Virus record (IMG/VR): IMGVR_UViG_3300026187_000081
Coordinates: 1 to 27,026 of that record
Length of the DNA: 27,026 nt
Direction: 5' to 3' (one strand)
Source of the DNA: a virus
Taxonomy: Duplodnaviria; Caudoviricetes
The position numbers were made by a program, and so were the translations under genes. Of the stretch, positions 24,142 to 27,026 are shown piece after piece. The stretch's first letter is position 1. Each line of letters starts with the position of its first letter. The notes under the pieces are model-generated. The model was not told the DNA's origin, ran no database searches, and was given only the letters and a program-made list of their open reading frames with translations.

Positions 24142-24552
24142 ATGCAAAAAGATAACACAAATTCTGGGATATTATATAAAAACACTGATGATTGGCAAAT
24201 TGTACAACAAGGCAAACTAAACCTTGAGGGTGAAGAGCATAGGATTATTGGCGTAAAACGTAAGAATAAAGATGGTCAGCCTATGGTTGAGCTTTATAGA
24301 GCTATAGGAACTCTCAAGGCAAACGATAGTAAACAGACTGATAAATCTCCAGACGCTAAAGGTGTAGTTAATAAAATCATGAATAGTGGTGCTATGACTA
24401 TTTCTGCTTGGAAAGATGTATCTGAAGCAGGGAACGCCTACACTAGTCTAAAAGCTAGAGAGTTCACTAATAATGAAGATAGCATAGACAATGATCCAAA
24501 TAGTGAGAAAAATGTGCTTTATAACAACAATATAGAAGATATTGGCTTCTAA
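24142..24552 (+). CDS. Putative single-stranded DNA-binding protein
   Basis: DNTNSG.L.KN, PD.KG and SAW.......Y.SL motifs, acidic tail ending EDIGF, positioned after ERF. AGGAG RBS before ATG 24142. Confidence 0.6.
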   Translation: MQKDNTNSGILYKNTDDWQIVQQGKLNLEGEEHRIIGVKRKNKDGQPMVELYRAIGTLKANDSKQTDKSPDAKGVVNKIMNSGAMTISAWKDVSEAGNAYTSLKAREFTNNEDSIDNDPNSEKNVLYNNNIEDIGF

Positions 24553-24553
24553 A

Positions 24554-24895
24554 ATGCTAATTCCTAAATCTGTTAAAGTTAAAAACAAAAAGCACCTTAT
24601 GTTTGTAGCTAAACAAGTATGTTGTCTAAATGGCATAGCTGCTGATTGGTGTAGAGGCAATGTTCAAGCTCATCATCTTCTGAAGCCATATGAAGGCAAA
24701 AGAGGTATGGGCATGAAATCAAGCGACAACAATGCAATACCATTATGTTATTATCATCACGCTGAGTTACATGACACTCAAGGTGACGAAGATAATTTTT
24801 GGGGCAAGTACGATTTGCATGAAGATTTTGGTAGAGATAAAGCTACATATTGGTGGAGTATCTCGCCATATAACCAAGAAAGATTTAAAAAATGA
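24554..24895 (+). CDS. DUF968/Ref-like HNH-type Zn nuclease
   Basis: CC....C...QAHHL......GMGMK..D..AIPLC..HH.ELH. Confidence 0.8.
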   Translation: MLIPKSVKVKNKKHLMFVAKQVCCLNGIAADWCRGNVQAHHLLKPYEGKRGMGMKSSDNNAIPLCYYHHAELHDTQGDEDNFWGKYDLHEDFGRDKATYWWSISPYNQERFKK

Positions 24896-25227
24896 ACGAA
24901 CAAATAATTTCAGAAAAAGAAGTATCAAAAGCATTAGACTATTTAAGAGACTCCGCTGCGGAGGTAGCTAAAGCCAAAGCAGAAAGAATATATCTAGAAG
25001 AATACAGAAAATCATTAAAAGCACTTATTATGAAAGATCATTTAGATATTTCAGTGTCAGCACAAGAAAGAGAAGCTTATGCTAGTGACGAATATGTAAA
25101 ACATTTACGAGCAATGCAAATTGCTATAGAAAGAGATGAGAAGTTAAGATTTATGAGAATAGCTGCTGAAGCTAAGATTAACGCTTGGCAAACAATGTCA
25201 GCTAACTATAGGTCAATAAAGTTATAA
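24892..25227 (+). CDS. Helical phage protein (possible UvsY-like recombination mediator)
   Basis: 111 aa, coiled-coil pattern with QEREAYAS.EY and W.T.SAN. Last gene of the recombination operon. Function is inference only. Confidence 0.5.
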   Translation: MNEQIISEKEVSKALDYLRDSAAEVAKAKAERIYLEEYRKSLKALIMKDHLDISVSAQEREAYASDEYVKHLRAMQIAIERDEKLRFMRIAAEAKINAWQTMSANYRSIKL

Positions 25228-25228
25228 T

Positions 25229-25304
25229 TCCACGCTGATCTCTACCTCTGAGCGTGGATAGAGGTGGTTAGGTTTCCTCCAGGATTATATCGCCTAATCA
25301 CCTC
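25229..25304 (+). ncRNA. Candidate structured RNA (two hairpins with C/U-rich loops); strand uncertain
   Basis: TCCACGCT/AGCGTGGA 8-bp stem (25229-25258) and GAGGTGGTTAGG/CCTAATCACCTC 12-bp stem with one G-U (25261-25304), a GC-richer patch in AT-rich intergenic DNA. Confidence 0.5.
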
Positions 25305-25351
25305 ACACTAAATTTCATTTAAATTTATTTTATAAAAACATCTTATAAGGG

Positions 25352-25407
25352 TTGACATTTGTATCTACAAAAATTATATTAAAAAAATAACGAACAACAA
25401 AATGGAG
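25352..25407 (+). promoter_or_regulatory. Early promoter P4 with conserved leader
   Basis: TTGACA (25352), 17 bp, TATATT (25375). Spacer palindrome TTTGTA-TC-TACAAA. Leader AACGAACAACAAAATGGAG. Confidence 0.85.
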
Positions 25408-25413
25408 ATAAAA

Positions 25414-25761
25414 ATGAGATATTTAGATATAGAAAGCATTTGGGATAAAAATGGTGATAGCATTCTTAACAGAAAAAGTGAGCACCAAGAGTTAACTTTT
25501 AATGTTAATCACAATAGAGGTTTTTCTAAATGCTATCTTTTCGAAGACCAATCTGAAGATAAGATTTGGATTATGTCAGTAGGTGCTTGCATCAAAGCAG
25601 TTTACACTGATGCAGATCGTGCTGAAGGCGAAAGGCTTTCTAGAGAATTACCACTAAATCATGGCGACACAGTTCGTATTAAGGGTAGAGGCGACAAAGA
25701 GTTTTCTGTACATGTAAATGGTGCTTACTCTGACTTAGGCTACCTAGTTCCAATAAACTAA
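25414..25761 (+). CDS. Hypothetical early protein
   Basis: ATG 25414 lies 6 nt after GGAG. Start corrected from the ORF track. Confidence 0.8.
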   Translation: MRYLDIESIWDKNGDSILNRKSEHQELTFNVNHNRGFSKCYLFEDQSEDKIWIMSVGACIKAVYTDADRAEGERLSRELPLNHGDTVRIKGRGDKEFSVHVNGAYSDLGYLVPIN

Positions 25762-25764
25762 GAT

Positions 25765-25789
25765 AAGGGGTTTAATTACCCCTTTTATT
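25765..25789 (+). terminator. Rho-independent terminator candidate
   Basis: AAGGGGT-TTAATT-ACCCCTT stem-loop followed by TTATT, right after the stop codon. Confidence 0.7.
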
Positions 25790-25792
25790 GGG

Positions 25793-25847
25793 TTGACTTA
25801 TATATTTACATATGCAATAAATAATTAACGATTAACAAAATTAGGAG
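25793..25847 (+). promoter_or_regulatory. Early promoter P5 with conserved leader (weak -10)
   Basis: GGGTTGACT, spacer TATATA-TT-TACATA and leader AACGATTAACAAAATTAGGAG. No canonical -10 at 17 bp. Confidence 0.65.
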
Positions 25848-25854
25848 AAACAAT

Positions 25855-26073
25855 ATGAACGACTTATTAAACGATATAGCAACTTTAGAAAAAATTACAA
25901 AAATAATGCAATCAGAAGTTGGTTATTCAATCCCAGTCTCAATCGTATTACATGAGCTTAGAACTTTAACGAAAGAAAAAAAAGAGCAAGTTAAGGTTTT
26001 TGAAAAAGAAAATATGTCATATGAAAATTATGCAAAGCATATGGAAGGCGTAGGTCTTGATGATGTTGCTTAG
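25855..26073 (+). CDS. Hypothetical early protein
   Basis: 72 aa with AGGAG RBS after P5. Confidence 0.75.
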   Translation: MNDLLNDIATLEKITKIMQSEVGYSIPVSIVLHELRTLTKEKKEQVKVFEKENMSYENYAKHMEGVGLDDVA

Positions 26074-26194
26074 TATCTTAAAATTTATGGTGGTTATAGC
26101 TTCTGCTATAGCCACCATGTATTTCTTTTATTATTTATTTTGGTTTTTGTGCCTAATAGATAATGTTTGTTACAACGCTAACTTTGGAGGATAA
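26060..26194 (+). CDS. Small membrane protein (44 aa, MMLLSILKFMVVIASAIATMYFFYYLFWFLCLIDNVCYNANFGG)
   Basis: Manual translation with a long hydrophobic segment. Fills the gap and ends at the next gene's RBS. Confidence 0.55.
   Translation: MMLLSILKFMVVIASAIATMYFFYYLFWFLCLIDNVCYNANFGG
26087..26130 (+). terminator. Strong hairpin with U-rich tail (terminator or processing site)
   Basis: ATGGTGGTTATAGC-TTCT-GCTATAGCCACCAT, a 14-bp stem with one G-U, followed by GTATTTCTTTTA. Confidence 0.45.
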
Positions 26195-26197
26195 ATA

Positions 26198-26530
26198 ATG
26201 AAAAACTATAGAACTGAAATGATTAAAGCTAGTGCGACCTTTATAAAACGAATGGCAAGAAATATAAATGATGATGATATTTTTTCACATATCTCAGATC
26301 ATTCGAGAAAGATTATAAGATACGCCAACTCTCATAATAAAAACTTATTAAATAAATTTGAGATAGCTGACCTCCTTTATTTAATTGATTCGTTTAGAAG
26401 TCTTGATGGTTACTTTCATGATATGTCAGACGAAAAATTGGATAATCTAGAGGCTAAGTTAAAGCTACAAGATAAAGAAGCACGAGTTACTGAATACGAG
26501 AAGAAAAAAAGAGAAAATATGTTAGGATAA
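26198..26530 (+). CDS. Hypothetical protein
   Basis: 110 aa with GGAGG RBS. Confidence 0.75.
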   Translation: MKNYRTEMIKASATFIKRMARNINDDDIFSHISDHSRKIIRYANSHNKNLLNKFEIADLLYLIDSFRSLDGYFHDMSDEKLDNLEAKLKLQDKEARVTEYEKKKRENMLG

Positions 26531-26544
26531 TAAGGAGTGTTAAA

Positions 26545-26805
26545 ATGTATAAACGATTAGTAACTAAACTATGGCAAGGAAAATACGTTAGCATTAGAGA
26601 TTATGAGCGAGACAAAGCCATAAAGATGGGTGGTATTATAATTACTCACAATAATGAAAAGATGCAATTAAACGTAGAAGAACTAAAGGAACTAAAACCA
26701 AGTTCATCTGTAGTGCAATCTAAATACAAAGGCACTTACAAACTTATCAATATACCTTTCAAGCCTTTGACACACGACCCAATGCAAGGAGATTTGTATG
26801 AGTAA
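26545..26805 (+). CDS. Hypothetical protein
   Basis: 86 aa with AAGGAG RBS. Confidence 0.75.
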   Translation: MYKRLVTKLWQGKYVSIRDYERDKAIKMGGIIITHNNEKMQLNVEELKELKPSSSVVQSKYKGTYKLINIPFKPLTHDPMQGDLYE

Positions 26806-26983
26806 TATTATGCTAAGGGAAGCTTCTGAAGAGGCTTTACACTTACGAAAGCTATTACAGAAGCATAAGATCGACATTAAACAAGATAAATTGTCTAAAG
26901 AAGAAAGCCTTAAACATATAGAGAATATGGTTAAAGTAGCTTCGATAATCTATGCAAAATTAGAATTTATAAATAAAATATAA
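26798..26983 (+). CDS. Hypothetical protein
   Basis: 61 aa with GGGAG RBS. Confidence 0.65.
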   Translation: MSNIMLREASEEALHLRKLLQKHKIDIKQDKLSKEESLKHIENMVKVASIIYAKLEFINKI

Positions 26984-26998
26984 AAAAACTCTTTTTTA

Positions 26999-27026
26999 GG
27001 GTTGACTTATGTATATACATATATTA
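26999..27026 (+). promoter_or_regulatory. Early promoter P6 (truncated by the window end)
   Basis: GGGTTGACT followed by palindrome TATGTA-TA-TACATA, and TA beginning exactly 17 bp after the -35. Confidence 0.65.

Larger units (their letters stand above)
1..27026. mobile_element. Segment of a tailed dsDNA bacteriophage genome (head/packaging, replication, recombination and early modules)
   Basis: TerS, TerL, portal, scaffold, primase-helicase, ERF and many small tightly packed ORFs. No host housekeeping genes. No integrase in the window, so lytic versus temperate lifestyle cannot be decided. Confidence 0.96.

Noticed and set aside
25229-25304. tRNA interpretation of the 76-nt structured region
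   Set aside because: No cloverleaf, no T-loop GTTC motif and no acceptor stem or CCA.
3067-27026. Repeated AACGAACAAC motif as CRISPR repeats or attachment sites
   Set aside because: The copies are dispersed, degenerate and always lie between a promoter and an RBS, not regularly spaced.

Overview
The whole window reads as part of an AT-rich tailed dsDNA phage genome. A podovirus-like marine type is likely, and an alphaproteobacterial host is only an inference. No host genes, integrase, tRNA or CRISPR array were seen. Minus strand, right to left: Cro-like HTH, DUF1064-like nuclease, replication initiator with internal repeats, Twinkle/T7 gp4-type primase-helicase, small ORFs, TerS, TerL, portal, then about 10 kb of putative head-internal proteins. 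These are followed by an inserted divergent early-gene block, a SleB-type hydrolase, GroES and a truncated capsid scaffold. The plus strand at the right end holds a recombination module and small early genes. The most interesting signal is the array between the portal and GroES. It holds otherwise dissimilar proteins: three tandem ADP-ribosyltransferase-like genes, a 967-aa polyvalent-type protein, a signal-peptide-less protein ending in an outer-membrane beta-signal, and a Gly-rich protein with an ICT-type C-terminal domain. Most carry a short G-A-L-[P/G/A/S] peptide near a terminus, reminiscent of encapsulin cargo-loading peptides, which suggests a capsid-packaged effector cargo system. The second signal is six copies of a sigma70 early promoter: five have an RBS-anchored leader motif (the sixth is cut by the window end) and four have a TGTA-N2-TACA-type palindrome in the spacer. 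A two-hairpin sRNA candidate lies next to one copy. All functional calls come from reading motifs by eye; no searches were run.
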